Source: Verrucomicrobiales bacterium
GTDB taxonomy: Bacteria; Verrucomicrobiota; Verrucomicrobiia; Limisphaerales; UBA9464
DNA: 64,000 nt
NCBI GenBank assembly: GCA_027488845.1
Contig: JAIYBC010000024.1
Span: 1,583-65,582, forward strand
Direction of reading: 5' to 3'
Shown here: positions 44,546-53,923 of the stretch, one piece after another
Layout: each line of letters begins with the position of its first letter
Numbering within the stretch: the first letter of the stretch is position 1
Program-made: the position numbers and the translations under genes
Notes under the pieces: model-generated
Database searches by the model: none
Told to the model about the DNA's origin: nothing
What the model saw: only the letters and a program-made list of their open reading frames with translations

Positions 44546-45190
44546 ATGCCGAAGCTAGTGTCGAAATCCATTCCGCTCGGACTCGCCGGTCTCCTGACCG
44601 TCGGGGCCGAGGCGTCGGGATTCATCAATTTCGAATCCGATCCGTCGGGGCCGTTCCTCAACGGATCCTCAAGCCTCAACTCCCCGCTGGTCACTTTCTC
44701 GAACCTGTCCCCAAGCGACGGGATGGCGATCTTCAACAGCGGTTTCGATGATACCATCGGCCAATCGCTGGTGGTGTTTCCGGAGTCGACCGGCGTCACG
44801 CTGCGGATGGATTTCAGCGATCCGATCTACTCGCTGAGCCTGATGTTCGGAAACGACGACCCCTTTTTGCTGGTCCAGGGATTGGGATCCGGATTCGACG
44901 ATCTGGCGGTGCTGAACCTTTTCGACGGTTCGACGCTGCTCGAGACCATCACCGTCCTGCCAAACGCGAACACCGCGATGGATCAGACGATCGCGTGGAC
45001 CCATAGCGGCACCCCGGCCAATCGCGCCGAGTTCTTCTACGGCGACAGCAACCTGAATCCGATCGACCTGATCGAGACCGTGGACAACATCGCCTTCTCC
45101 ACGGAGGTCCCCGAGCCGTCGACCTATGCGGCCATCGCCTTCGCGGGTGCGGTAGGCGTCTGGAGCTGGCGGCGTAGCAGGAAGGCCTGA
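44546..45190 (+). CDS. PEP-CTERM sorting-domain secreted protein
   Basis: Signal peptide MPKLVSKSIPLGLAGLLTVGAEA. C-terminal VPEPSTYAAIAFAGAVGVWSWRRSRKA. The ORF-track start at 44519 is GTG. Confidence 0.85.
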   Translation: MPKLVSKSIPLGLAGLLTVGAEASGFINFESDPSGPFLNGSSSLNSPLVTFSNLSPSDGMAIFNSGFDDTIGQSLVVFPESTGVTLRMDFSDPIYSLSLMFGNDDPFLLVQGLGSGFDDLAVLNLFDGSTLLETITVLPNANTAMDQTIAWTHSGTPANRAEFFYGDSNLNPIDLIETVDNIAFSTEVPEPSTYAAIAFAGAVGVWSWRRSRKA

Positions 45191-45210
45191 AGAGTCCCTT
45201 TCCTCCACGA

Positions 45211-45243
45211 CGCCACCGGCATTTCCGGTGGCGTTTTTGTTTG
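45211..45243 (+). terminator. intrinsic terminator after the PEP-CTERM gene
   Basis: cgccaccgg-cattt-ccggtggcg followed by tttttgtttg. Confidence 0.85.
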
Positions 45244-45306
45244 TCCTCGGCTCCCGCGGCCTTGCTCCGCCTCCGGACACTCCCGTAACGTCCCAACCCA
45301 CAATTC

Positions 45307-46179
45307 ATGAAGGTTTATCTCGATGGACAGCTGGTAGACGAATCCGACGCCAAGGTGAGCGTCTTTGATCACGGCCTGCTCTACGGTGACGGCGTCTTCG
45401 AAGGCATCCGGATGTACCACAACCGGATCTTCAAGCTCCGCGAACACATCGAACGGCTCTACTGGTCGGCCAAGGCGATCCTCCTGGAGATCCCGATGTC
45501 CCAGGAGGAGATGATCCAGGCGTGCCTGGAAACCTGCCGGGCCAACCAGCTTCGGGAAGGCTACATCCGCCTGATCGTCACCCGCGGCCGCGGAACGCTG
45601 GGGCTCGATCCCCGTCGCTGCCCGAAGCCCTCGGTGATCATCATCGCGGCGACCATCCAGCTCTATCCGGAGAAGGTCTACAACGAGGGCATGACCATCG
45701 CCACCGTCCCCACCACGCGCATGCTGGTGAACTCGGTGAATCCCGCGATCAAGTCCCTGAACTACCTCAACAACATCCTCGCCCGGATCGAGGCCAACCT
45801 CATCGGCGTCGAGGAGGCGATCATGTTGAACTCCGAGGGCTTCGTGGCGGAGTGCACCGGCGACAACATCTTCGCGGTCCAGAAGGGCCGTCTCTACACC
45901 CCGCCGCTCAGCGCCGGCGCCCTCTACGGGATCACCCGGAACACCGTGCTCGACTGCGCACGCGAACTCGGAATTCCCACCGGCGAGCCGAACCTCACGC
46001 GCTACGACCTCTACACCGCCGACGAGATGTTCCTGACCGGCACCGCGGCGGAGATGGTTCCGGTGGTCAAGGTGGACGGACGCGTGATCGGAACCGGCCA
46101 GCCGGGTCCCATCACGGCGAAGCTGCTCGCCGCCTTCCGCGAGAAGACGCGGCACGACGGCGAGATCATCTTCTCCTGA
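45307..46179 (+). CDS. ilvE: branched-chain amino acid aminotransferase (class IV)
   Basis: 290 aa. Motifs: DHGLLYGDGVFEGIRMY, the class IV lysine context (AIKSLNYLNNILA), ECTGDNIF, GITR. Confidence 0.93.
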   Translation: MKVYLDGQLVDESDAKVSVFDHGLLYGDGVFEGIRMYHNRIFKLREHIERLYWSAKAILLEIPMSQEEMIQACLETCRANQLREGYIRLIVTRGRGTLGLDPRRCPKPSVIIIAATIQLYPEKVYNEGMTIATVPTTRMLVNSVNPAIKSLNYLNNILARIEANLIGVEEAIMLNSEGFVAECTGDNIFAVQKGRLYTPPLSAGALYGITRNTVLDCARELGIPTGEPNLTRYDLYTADEMFLTGTAAEMVPVVKVDGRVIGTGQPGPITAKLLAAFREKTRHDGEIIFS

Positions 46180-46202
46180 GACGGGCGACTTCCCGTCGAT
46201 GC

Positions 46203-46253
46203 AAAACGGGCCGCGGAACGCCGGAATCCTCCGGATGTTCCACGGCCCGTTTT
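46203..46253. terminator. extended bidirectional intrinsic terminator between ilvE and the pilin-like gene
   Basis: aaaacgggccg...cggcccgtttt outer stem, continued inward by ggaac/gttcc and ccgga/tccgg pairs. A-tract 5' and T-tract 3'. Confidence 0.8.
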
Positions 46254-46277
46254 CGCGGTTACGTCCAAGACGCTGTC

Positions 46278-47111
<834 letters not shown>

Positions 47112-47187
47112 GGGTCGGGATGTCCCGTCCCCATTACCGTCTGAGCCGGACAAGGGAAGCCTGAAATCGCCCGAGGTGGCGGAATGA

Positions 47188-48351
47188 CTAACCGACCGAC
47201 CGGTAGAGCGCCTCGAACGAGGCGGCGTCCACGGGTCGCGGATTGAACCCGCCAGTCCATTGCCGGGCTGCGTCCGCCGCCAACAGGGGAACCGCGTCGT
47301 GGTCGACACCGGCCTCCGCGAGCGTCGCCGGGACGCCGGCCATTCGACGCAGGTGAACGAGATGTGCGACGAGCCGGTCGACGGCGGTCGCCTCGGTTTC
47401 GGCGGCGGAAACCAGGCCGGCGGCCAGGGCGAGGTCCCTGTAACCGGCCCGGGCCGCTTCGACCTCCGCATTGAACCGCACCACGGCCGGCAACATCAGG
47501 CCAACCGCCGCCCCGTGGACCACGCCGAATCTCGCCGTCAGGGGATTCGCCGCCGCATGTGCGGCGCCCAGCATCGAGTTCTCGATGGCGATGCCGGCCA
47601 AGGCGGCGCCGAGCAGCATCCGGCCACGGGCATCGAGGTCCGACGGCTCCGTGAGGACGGCTTCCAACGCGCCGGCGCAGAGTCGGAACGCCTCCCTCGA
47701 ATGCATCTGGGACCAAGGTGTGCCCCGGGTGGTCACCGCGGATTCCACCGCATGGACCAAGGCGTCGGTGCCGGTCAACGCCGTGACCCGTCTCGGTTGG
47801 GAAACCGTCAGCTCCGGATCCAGCAATGCCACCCGTGCCGCCGCCTTCGGATCCAGACAGGCCATCTTCACATGGGTCGACTCGTCGGCGATCAGGGCGG
47901 CGCTCTGGCATTCGCTCCCCGTACCCGCCGTGGTGGGGACGGCGATCAGCGGGAGCATCGGCAACCGGGCCTTCCCGACCCCATGGTAGTCCTTCATCTC
48001 GCCGCCGTTGGTCAGGATGAAGTTCGCCCCCTTGGCCGTGTCCATCGAACTGCCGCCCCCGAGTCCGACGAGGAAGTCGACCCGCCCAGCCCGGGCCGCC
48101 TCGACGCAGCGGGAAACGTCCAGCGTGGTGGGGTTCTCCCGGACCGCGTCGTACAGCACCACCGCCACCCCCGCGGCCTCCAACGACGACGCGGCGCGGG
48201 CGACATGGCCGGCCGCCACGATGCCGCGATCGGTCACCACCAGGGCACGTGTCGCCCCAAGTTCCCGCGCCAATGCGCCCACCCGTTCCAAGGTCCCGGG
48301 GCCGAAGACCAGTCGGGTCCTGGGATTGCTGTCGAACGGGGTTGGAATCAT
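47188..48351 (-). CDS. iron-containing (group III) alcohol dehydrogenase
   Basis: [10 protein letters not shown] motif, PTTAGTGSE, and His-rich metal site context ([17 protein letters not shown]). Start at ATG 48349-48351 (MIPTPFD). Confidence 0.9.
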   Translation of the reverse strand: MIPTPFDSNPRTRLVFGPGTLERVGALARELGATRALVVTDRGIVAAGHVARAASSLEAAGVAVVLYDAVRENPTTLDVSRCVEAARAGRVDFLVGLGGGSSMDTAKGANFILTNGGEMKDYHGVGKARLPMLPLIAVPTTAGTGSECQSAALIADESTHVKMACLDPKAAARVALLDPELTVSQPRRVTALTGTDALVHAVESAVTTRGTPWSQMHSREAFRLCAGALEAVLTEPSDLDARGRMLLGAALAGIAIENSMLGAAHAAANPLTARFGVVHGAAVGLMLPAVVRFNAEVEAARAGYRDLALAAGLVSAAETEATAVDRLVAHLVHLRRMAGVPATLAEAGVDHDAVPLLAADAARQWTGGFNPRPVDAASFEALYRSVG

Positions 48352-48481
48352 GCGCAGACCCAAGACTCGGCGAGGACGCGAGATGTTCAAGCCGCGGACG
48401 TGGCGAAGTTGGCCGGGATGCCCCCTGGATCCGCGGATTTCCATGAAACTTTCCGAAGGCGACGGTGTGTTGGTCCTCAGA

Positions 48482-48835
48482 ATGAACGTGAAGTCACGAC
48501 TCCCCATCACCCTTGCCGCCCTTTCCGCCATCTCCGTGGCCGGATGCATCAGCCATCACGAGACGGTCTACCGCGATGTCGAGCGCCTGCCGATCTCGTT
48601 CGAGAACGATTCGGCCGCCCGGAACTTCTACGAGGCCCTGGAACGCCGGCGCAAGGTCCGCTCCGGCAACGAGACCCGCACCGAGTTCCACATCCCGGTG
48701 GTGTTCGACCACGAGGTGAAGACGGTGACCGGCCCCAATTCCGCCTTCAATGACGCCGTCCGCGCAGCCGACACCGACCGGGACGGCAAGATCACCGAGC
48801 AGGAAGCCCGCATCTTCGCGGACCAGAACCGCTGA
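48482..48835 (+). CDS. small lipoprotein with one canonical EF-hand calcium-binding loop
   Basis: MNVKSRLPITLAALSAISVAGC (lipobox). C-terminal DTDRDGKITEQE fits DxDxDGxIxxxE exactly. Confidence 0.7.
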   Translation: MNVKSRLPITLAALSAISVAGCISHHETVYRDVERLPISFENDSAARNFYEALERRRKVRSGNETRTEFHIPVVFDHEVKTVTGPNSAFNDAVRAADTDRDGKITEQEARIFADQNR

Positions 48836-48975
48836 GACGGAATCCTCCGATGGGGTTGAGGGAGCCCCACGCAGAACCCCAAGGACGCCAACGGAGAGGC
48901 GGATCCGAATCCGAATGGGCAACCACCGGACGGCGATCTCAACACCCACCGGAAATCCCTCGGTTTCCTTCCGGT

Positions 48976-49004
48976 TCCATGGCGGCTTGGCGCATTGGCG
49001 TGAG
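48976..49004 (-). repeat. diverged copy D of the repeat core, in the lipoprotein/exbB intergenic region
   Basis: atggcggcttggcgcattggcgtgag (48979-49004) is 22/27 identical to the copy A core. A partial inverted core, ccaaggccgccaag, lies at 49034-49047. Confidence 0.55.
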
Positions 49005-49089
49005 TCCCACCACGTTCATGAGTTGGCCGGGGCCCAAGGCCGCCAAGTGGTCATTGCCCCGGCATGGGGCCTGATTCCATACTCGCCCC

Positions 49090-49797
49090 ATGCTGATTGC
49101 TGCCTTGCTGGCGGCCGCGGATCCGACCAACGGGCCCGCGGCGGGATCCTCCGCCGCCCTGCCGGCGGAGGCCCCGGGGCTTGGACTGCTCTCCTGGCTG
49201 CTGCTGGTGCTCGCCGGCATCGCCGTGTCGGTCATCATCGAACGCCTGTTCTACTACCACCGGGTCCAGATCGATTCCGCCCAGTTCCTCGCGGGTGTGC
49301 GCAACGTTCTCCGCCGGGACAATGTGATCGAGGCGGTCTCCATCTGCGACGCCACCCCGGGACCGGTCTCCCGCATCGTCAAGGCCGCGATCCTCAACCG
49401 CGACGCGGGGCGCGAACGCATCGAGGAATCCATCCAGGAGGTGGGGCTGGTGGAGGTTCCCCGCCTCGAGTCCCACCTCACGGTCCTCGCCACCCTGGCC
49501 CAGGTGGCCCCGTTGATCGGTCTCCTTGGGACCCTCAGCGGCATCGGTGGCACGTTCCGCCGGCTCCAGACGGGCTCCGGCTTCGCGACCCCGATCGACC
49601 TCTTCGCCGGCGTCTGGCAGGCGCTGTACTCCGCGGGCCTCGGCATCGCCATCGCAGTCGTCTGCTACACCGCCTACAACTACCTGGTGAGCCGGGTGAA
49701 GTCCGTGGTGCACGACATGGAACGGGCCTCCAAGGAGGCGGTGAAGATGGTCGTCTCAGCCCCGGACTCCTCCACCGCCCCGGTCCGCGCCAACTGA
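49090..49797 (+). CDS. exbB: MotA/TolQ/ExbB proton-channel family protein
   Basis: Three TM segments. Conserved LATLAQVAPLIGLLGTLSGI and ALYSAGLGIAIAVVCYTAYNYL. Confidence 0.9.
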   Translation: MLIAALLAAADPTNGPAAGSSAALPAEAPGLGLLSWLLLVLAGIAVSVIIERLFYYHRVQIDSAQFLAGVRNVLRRDNVIEAVSICDATPGPVSRIVKAAILNRDAGRERIEESIQEVGLVEVPRLESHLTVLATLAQVAPLIGLLGTLSGIGGTFRRLQTGSGFATPIDLFAGVWQALYSAGLGIAIAVVCYTAYNYLVSRVKSVVHDMERASKEAVKMVVSAPDSSTAPVRAN

Positions 49798-49814
49798 TTT
49801 CCCCCGTCCGCGCC

Positions 49815-50243
49815 ATGGCCAATTTCCAGAGGAACCTGCTTCCGCTCCGTGGCCAATTCGACTTGGCCCCTCATCTCAGCGTCCTCTTTCTGCTGCTGTT
49901 CCTCATCGTGGCCGGAGGACATCTGATCCTTCCGACCGGAACCCGGATCGACCTGCCGCCGGGAGGCGACCGCAAGCCGACTTGGGACGGGATCCCCTAT
50001 CTCGTGGTGGCCGTGGATGCCAACGAGCAGTGCTACTTCGAGAACCAGGTCTTCCCGAACCTGGCCCTGCTCCGGGATCGGCTCGCCGCACGCACCGCAA
50101 GCCCTCGCGGCCCGAGACGCCTCTACCTCGAGGCCGACCGACGCGTGCGCCACGGCCGCCTGACCGAACTCGGCGACCTGGCCCGGGAAGCCGGTCTCAC
50201 GGAGATCCTTCTGGGGACCGCTCCGGGTTCCCCCGCCCCGTGA
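49815..50243 (+). CDS. exbD: ExbD/TolR family biopolymer transport protein
   Basis: 142 aa with an N-terminal TM (LAPHLSVLFLLLFLIVAG) and a periplasmic ExbD-like domain (LVVAVDANEQCYFENQVF...LYLEADRRVRHGRLTELGDLAREAG). ATG at 49815. Confidence 0.85.
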   Translation: MANFQRNLLPLRGQFDLAPHLSVLFLLLFLIVAGGHLILPTGTRIDLPPGGDRKPTWDGIPYLVVAVDANEQCYFENQVFPNLALLRDRLAARTASPRGPRRLYLEADRRVRHGRLTELGDLAREAGLTEILLGTAPGSPAP

Positions 50244-51031
50244 AATCCGCCCCGGAACAATGGGAACGTCCCAAGTGGCTGTCGGTGATCGCGGCCGCGG
50301 TTGCCCTCCATCTGCTCGGCGCCTGGGTGTTCGCGGCACGAATTCCGATTCCCGCCCTTTCCGGGCACGGTCCGGGAATCCGGGTGGGATGGTCCCCATC
50401 CGCACCCGACCTCCTCTCCGGATTCGCGGCGCAGCCGACCCGTTTCGCCCTTCCAGACAGATCCGGTTTCGCGGCGGAAGCCTCCCGCGTGCTCCCCAAG
50501 GTGGACTACGAGATCTCCGGCCGGCGCGACAACCCGGGGTTCCTCGGGGTTGGAACGGACGGATCCCGGCTCGGCCAGGTGCCGCGCCTGCCCCGGACTG
50601 CCCCGACTTTCCGGAACGATCCGCCGGCCCCGGAGTCCACGGGTCCCGCAAACCGCATCGCCGCCGGCCGTGGGTTGGTCGAACTCTCCACTCCGACGTC
50701 GATCGGCGCACCGCTCCGCGACATCGAGGTTCCCGCATGGACGGGACAGGATTCCCCGCAGCCCACGCGTATCGAGTTCGCGGTCAACCGCGCCGGGATC
50801 GTCGTGGCCGCGAGGACGACGCTGTCCTCCGGCTCGCGGGAGGCGGACGCCGCCGCTCTCGCGGCCGTGCGGGCGACCCGGTTCCAACCGTGGGCGGGAA
50901 GAAATGGCGCCGACCTCCTCGCGCCGGAGTCGCTGACCTGGGGCCTGGCAACCCTGCATCCGGTCAGCGCCATCGCGGCGACCGCCCCAGCGCCTCCCGC
51001 CACCTCCCCGACGACGGCGCCAACCCGCTAG
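50240..51031 (+). CDS. TonB-like energy transducer (N-terminal TM anchor, C-terminal TonB_C-like domain)
   Basis: The GTG start overlaps the exbD stop (GTGA). TM segment WLSVIAAAVALHLLGAWVFA. C-terminus PTRIEFAVNRAGIVVAARTTLSSGSREADAAALAAVRATRFQPW resembles TonB_C. Confidence 0.7.
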   Translation: MKSAPEQWERPKWLSVIAAAVALHLLGAWVFAARIPIPALSGHGPGIRVGWSPSAPDLLSGFAAQPTRFALPDRSGFAAEASRVLPKVDYEISGRRDNPGFLGVGTDGSRLGQVPRLPRTAPTFRNDPPAPESTGPANRIAAGRGLVELSTPTSIGAPLRDIEVPAWTGQDSPQPTRIEFAVNRAGIVVAARTTLSSGSREADAAALAAVRATRFQPWAGRNGADLLAPESLTWGLATLHPVSAIAATAPAPPATSPTTAPTR

Positions 51032-51039
51032 GACCCACC

Positions 51040-51264
51040 ATGGACATCCTAGCCCTCGCCAGCCTCTGGATGACCCTGATCGTCGCGGTCGTGGGCGTGT
51101 TTTCGGTGCTCGGGGAATTCCGTCGACGCCGCATCGGCGCCGACGTCTCGCAGGACAGCGTGTTCCGCTGCGTCCGCTGCACCTCGGTGTACACGGACGA
51201 CGGCGCGGTGGAGCGCAGCCGCTGTCCGCAATGCGGAAAGACCAACGAGGCGTTCCGCTTCTGA
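51040..51264 (+). CDS. small membrane-anchored zinc-ribbon protein (74 aa)
   Basis: TM segment ILALASLWMTLIVAVVGVFSVLG, then CVRC-N14-CPQC. It starts 8 nt after the tonB-like stop. Confidence 0.6.
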   Translation: MDILALASLWMTLIVAVVGVFSVLGEFRRRRIGADVSQDSVFRCVRCTSVYTDDGAVERSRCPQCGKTNEAFRF

Positions 51265-51316
51265 GGCGGATCCATCCGGAGGGAAGCCTCATGCCAAGGC
51301 GCGAAGCCGCGAAGGC
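51265..51316 (+). repeat. stop-codon-abutting repeat, copy C (directly after the zinc-ribbon gene TGA)
   Basis: GGCGGATCCATCCGGAGGGAAGCCTCATGCCAAGGCGCGAAGCCGCGAAGGC. The core at 51287-51313 is the reverse complement of the copy A/B cores (24/27). Confidence 0.7.
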
Positions 51317-51503
51317 GAACCGCTTTGGGTGATGATCGCGATCGCACCCCGTTCCCGGCTTCGTCCAGACAGGACGGGTTACCCAAACCCGACATCCGAT
51401 ACCCGACGCCCAACGGCAACGGGCTGCGACGATGCGTTTTGGCGTGGGATCCCGGTTCGCTCCACCGGCCGGATCCATGTGCGCCGGGGCCGGCCGTCGT
51501 GGA

Positions 51504-53087
51504 TCAGGATTTCTCGACGTTGGCGGGGCCGGTCTTCACCTCGATCACGTCATGGGGCGACGCTTCCCGCTGGCCCGCCGGGCTGACACGGATGTATCGG
51601 GCCCTCGACCGGAGCTCGGGGAGGTTCGGGGCTCCAAGATATCCCATGCCGGACTGGATCCCACCGATCATCTGGGCGACGACCGAATCCAGGGACCCGG
51701 CCACCTCCTTGAGCGCCTCGATGCCCTCCGCGGCGGCCTTGCGGGTGGTGTCGGCGGCATGTCCGTAACGGGCGGCCGATCCCGCCTTCATCGCAGCATG
51801 GCTGCCCATGCCCCGGTACTGCTTGTACAGCTTCCCGTTGATCTCGACGATCTGGCCGGGGGCCTCGGGGCATCCGGCGAAAAGGCCGCCGCAGATCACG
51901 CCCTGGGCGAGCGTGAGCGCCTTGACGATGTCCCCGGACTTGGTGATGCCGCCGTCCGCCAGCACGGTGACGCCGAGTGCGGCCGCGGCCCGGGTGGTCA
52001 CATGGAGGGCGGTCAACTGCGGGATGCCGACACCGGCGACGATCCGGGTCGTGCAGATGGATCCGGGCCCCTGCCCGACCTTGATGACATTGGCGCCGCT
52101 GTTGGCGAGGAACTCGACTCCGGCGGCGCTCGTGACGTTGCCGGCGATGATCGGAAGCCGCGGAAACGCGTCCCGGACCAGTCGGACCACCTCCCCCACT
52201 CCCTTGCTGTGTCCGTGCGCCGTCGAGACCGCCACGCAGTCCACGCCGCGGTCGAGCAGCGCGGAGACGTGGCCGAGAACCCTGTCGCGGTCGATCGAGC
52301 CGTCCGGCTTGCGGGTGGTCGATATCGCCGCGCCGCAGAGCAGCCGGAACTTGGAGTCCCGGGCCGGCTTGAGCGCAGCACCGGCTTCCATGGAGATGCG
52401 TTCGATGTCGCTCAGGGTGAAGAGACCCTTGAGCCGGTCCTCGGCGTCGACGACCAGCAGCTTGTGGATGCCGAGGTTCTCGGTGAAGAAGCGGTCCGCC
52501 CGGGCGATGGGATCCGCGCCGAGCTCGGACTCGAGGATCGTCTTCACCTGCGACCGCGGCGTGAGGGCCTCGGACACCAGCCGCTTCGCATAGCGGGGCT
52601 TCACCACGTGGCCGGAGAGCAGTCCCAACAGGCGCCCCGCGGAATCGACCACCGGGAAGGTGCTGAAGGCGAAACGCCGCTTCTCGATGAGGTCCAGCAC
52701 GTCGCCGATGTGCTGCTCCGGGGCGACCTTGATCGGATCCTGGATCAGCCCGTGCACGTGGTTCTTCACCCGGGACACCTCGGAGAGCTGCTGCTTCTCC
52801 GGCATGTTGTAGTGGATGAGCCCCAGCCCGCCGTTCAGCGCCATTGCCGTCGCCATGCGGGCCTCGGTGACCGTGTCCATGTCCGCGGAAACCAGCGGGA
52901 TGTTCAGATGCAGGCCGTCGGCGAGATGCGTCTCCAACTGGGCGTCCCGGGGGAGGATCTCGGTGTAGCGGGTGGCCAACGTGACATCATCGTAAGTCAG
53001 CGCCATGCCGCCATGCCGACGGAAGAAGGTCTCCGCGGGCTGGTAGAACTCGGCGTCTAGGCTTTCGGGCGTCGGAATCTCTGCCAT
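51504..53087 (-). CDS. guaB: IMP dehydrogenase
   Basis: 527 aa with a CBS pair. Catalytic loop [12 protein letters not shown], plus GGITKSGD and an N-terminal extension. Full-length GuaB-like. Confidence 0.95.
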   Translation of the reverse strand: MAEIPTPESLDAEFYQPAETFFRRHGGMALTYDDVTLATRYTEILPRDAQLETHLADGLHLNIPLVSADMDTVTEARMATAMALNGGLGLIHYNMPEKQQLSEVSRVKNHVHGLIQDPIKVAPEQHIGDVLDLIEKRRFAFSTFPVVDSAGRLLGLLSGHVVKPRYAKRLVSEALTPRSQVKTILESELGADPIARADRFFTENLGIHKLLVVDAEDRLKGLFTLSDIERISMEAGAALKPARDSKFRLLCGAAISTTRKPDGSIDRDRVLGHVSALLDRGVDCVAVSTAHGHSKGVGEVVRLVRDAFPRLPIIAGNVTSAAGVEFLANSGANVIKVGQGPGSICTTRIVAGVGIPQLTALHVTTRAAAALGVTVLADGGITKSGDIVKALTLAQGVICGGLFAGCPEAPGQIVEINGKLYKQYRGMGSHAAMKAGSAARYGHAADTTRKAAAEGIEALKEVAGSLDSVVAQMIGGIQSGMGYLGAPNLPELRSRARYIRVSPAGQREASPHDVIEVKTGPANVEKS

Positions 53088-53210
53088 GCGAAACGGTGTC
53101 GGGGGGACGCCGGACGTGCAAGACGGAAGCCGTCCGCGGTCATCGGGACACGGTTCCGATGGGTGTCCAGGGCCGGATCGGAAGGGTCCGACAACGAGGT
53201 GGCAACGAGC

Positions 53211-53492
53211 CTATTCGACGATCTTCGGGACCACGAAGAGACCACCGGCCCGCGCCGGGGCATTCCGGAGCGCCTCCTCATTGGTGAGGGATCCGGTGGC
53301 GATGTCGGGACGGGTCACGTTGACCAAGGGGAACGCATGCGCCGTGGGTTCCACTCCCGAGACATCCACCTTCTTCAGCTTCTCGATGTAGCCGAGGATG
53401 TTCCCCAACTGCGAACCGAGGCGTTGCTCCTCCTCGGGTGTCAGCCGGACCCGGGCGAGACGCGCGACGTATTGGATGTCGAAGTCGGACAT
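53211..53492 (-). CDS. gatC: Asp-tRNA(Asn)/Glu-tRNA(Gln) amidotransferase subunit C
   Basis: 93 aa: IQYVARLARVRLTPEEEQRLGSQLGNILGYIEKLKKVDVSGVEP. Start at ATG 53490-53492. Confidence 0.9.
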   Translation of the reverse strand: MSDFDIQYVARLARVRLTPEEEQRLGSQLGNILGYIEKLKKVDVSGVEPTAHAFPLVNVTRPDIATGSLTNEEALRNAPARAGGLFVVPKIVE

Positions 53493-53544
53493 GTGAGAAC
53501 GGGTGGTGGACTTGGGCGGCGGACCGCGGTTCCGGAAACAGGGA

Positions 53545-53844
53545 TCAATCCTCTCCAAACTTGCCGTCCACCAACGCGCAGAGTTCGGCAAGGGCGGCTT
53601 CGCCATCGGCGCCGCGGCAGACGATGCGCATCCGGGAGCCCGGTCCGGCAGCCAGCATGAGGAGGCCCATGATGCTCTTGCCGTTGATGGTCTCGCCGTC
53701 CTTCTCGATGAAGACGTCGCACTGGAAGCGGCCCGCCAGCTTCACGAAGGAGGCGGAGGGACGGGCGTGGATCCCCTGCTTGTTCAGCACGGTGACCTCG
53801 CGCGAGAACGTCGTCTCGGAATCCGGGATGGGCGGCACGCTCAT
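53545..53844 (-). CDS. ptsH: HPr family phosphocarrier protein
   Basis: GIHARPSA (His-15 site) and GKSIMGLLML (Ser-46 site). 99 aa with an N-terminal extension of about 13 aa. Confidence 0.9.
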   Translation of the reverse strand: MSVPPIPDSETTFSREVTVLNKQGIHARPSASFVKLAGRFQCDVFIEKDGETINGKSIMGLLMLAAGPGSRMRIVCRGADGEAALAELCALVDGKFGED

Positions 53845-53923
53845 CGGACAAGGATCGTGCCGGGGCGGGAAGGACTTGCCAACGGGGAAAACCCGCCGAG
53901 TGCGGACGGGGGCGGCAGGACGA

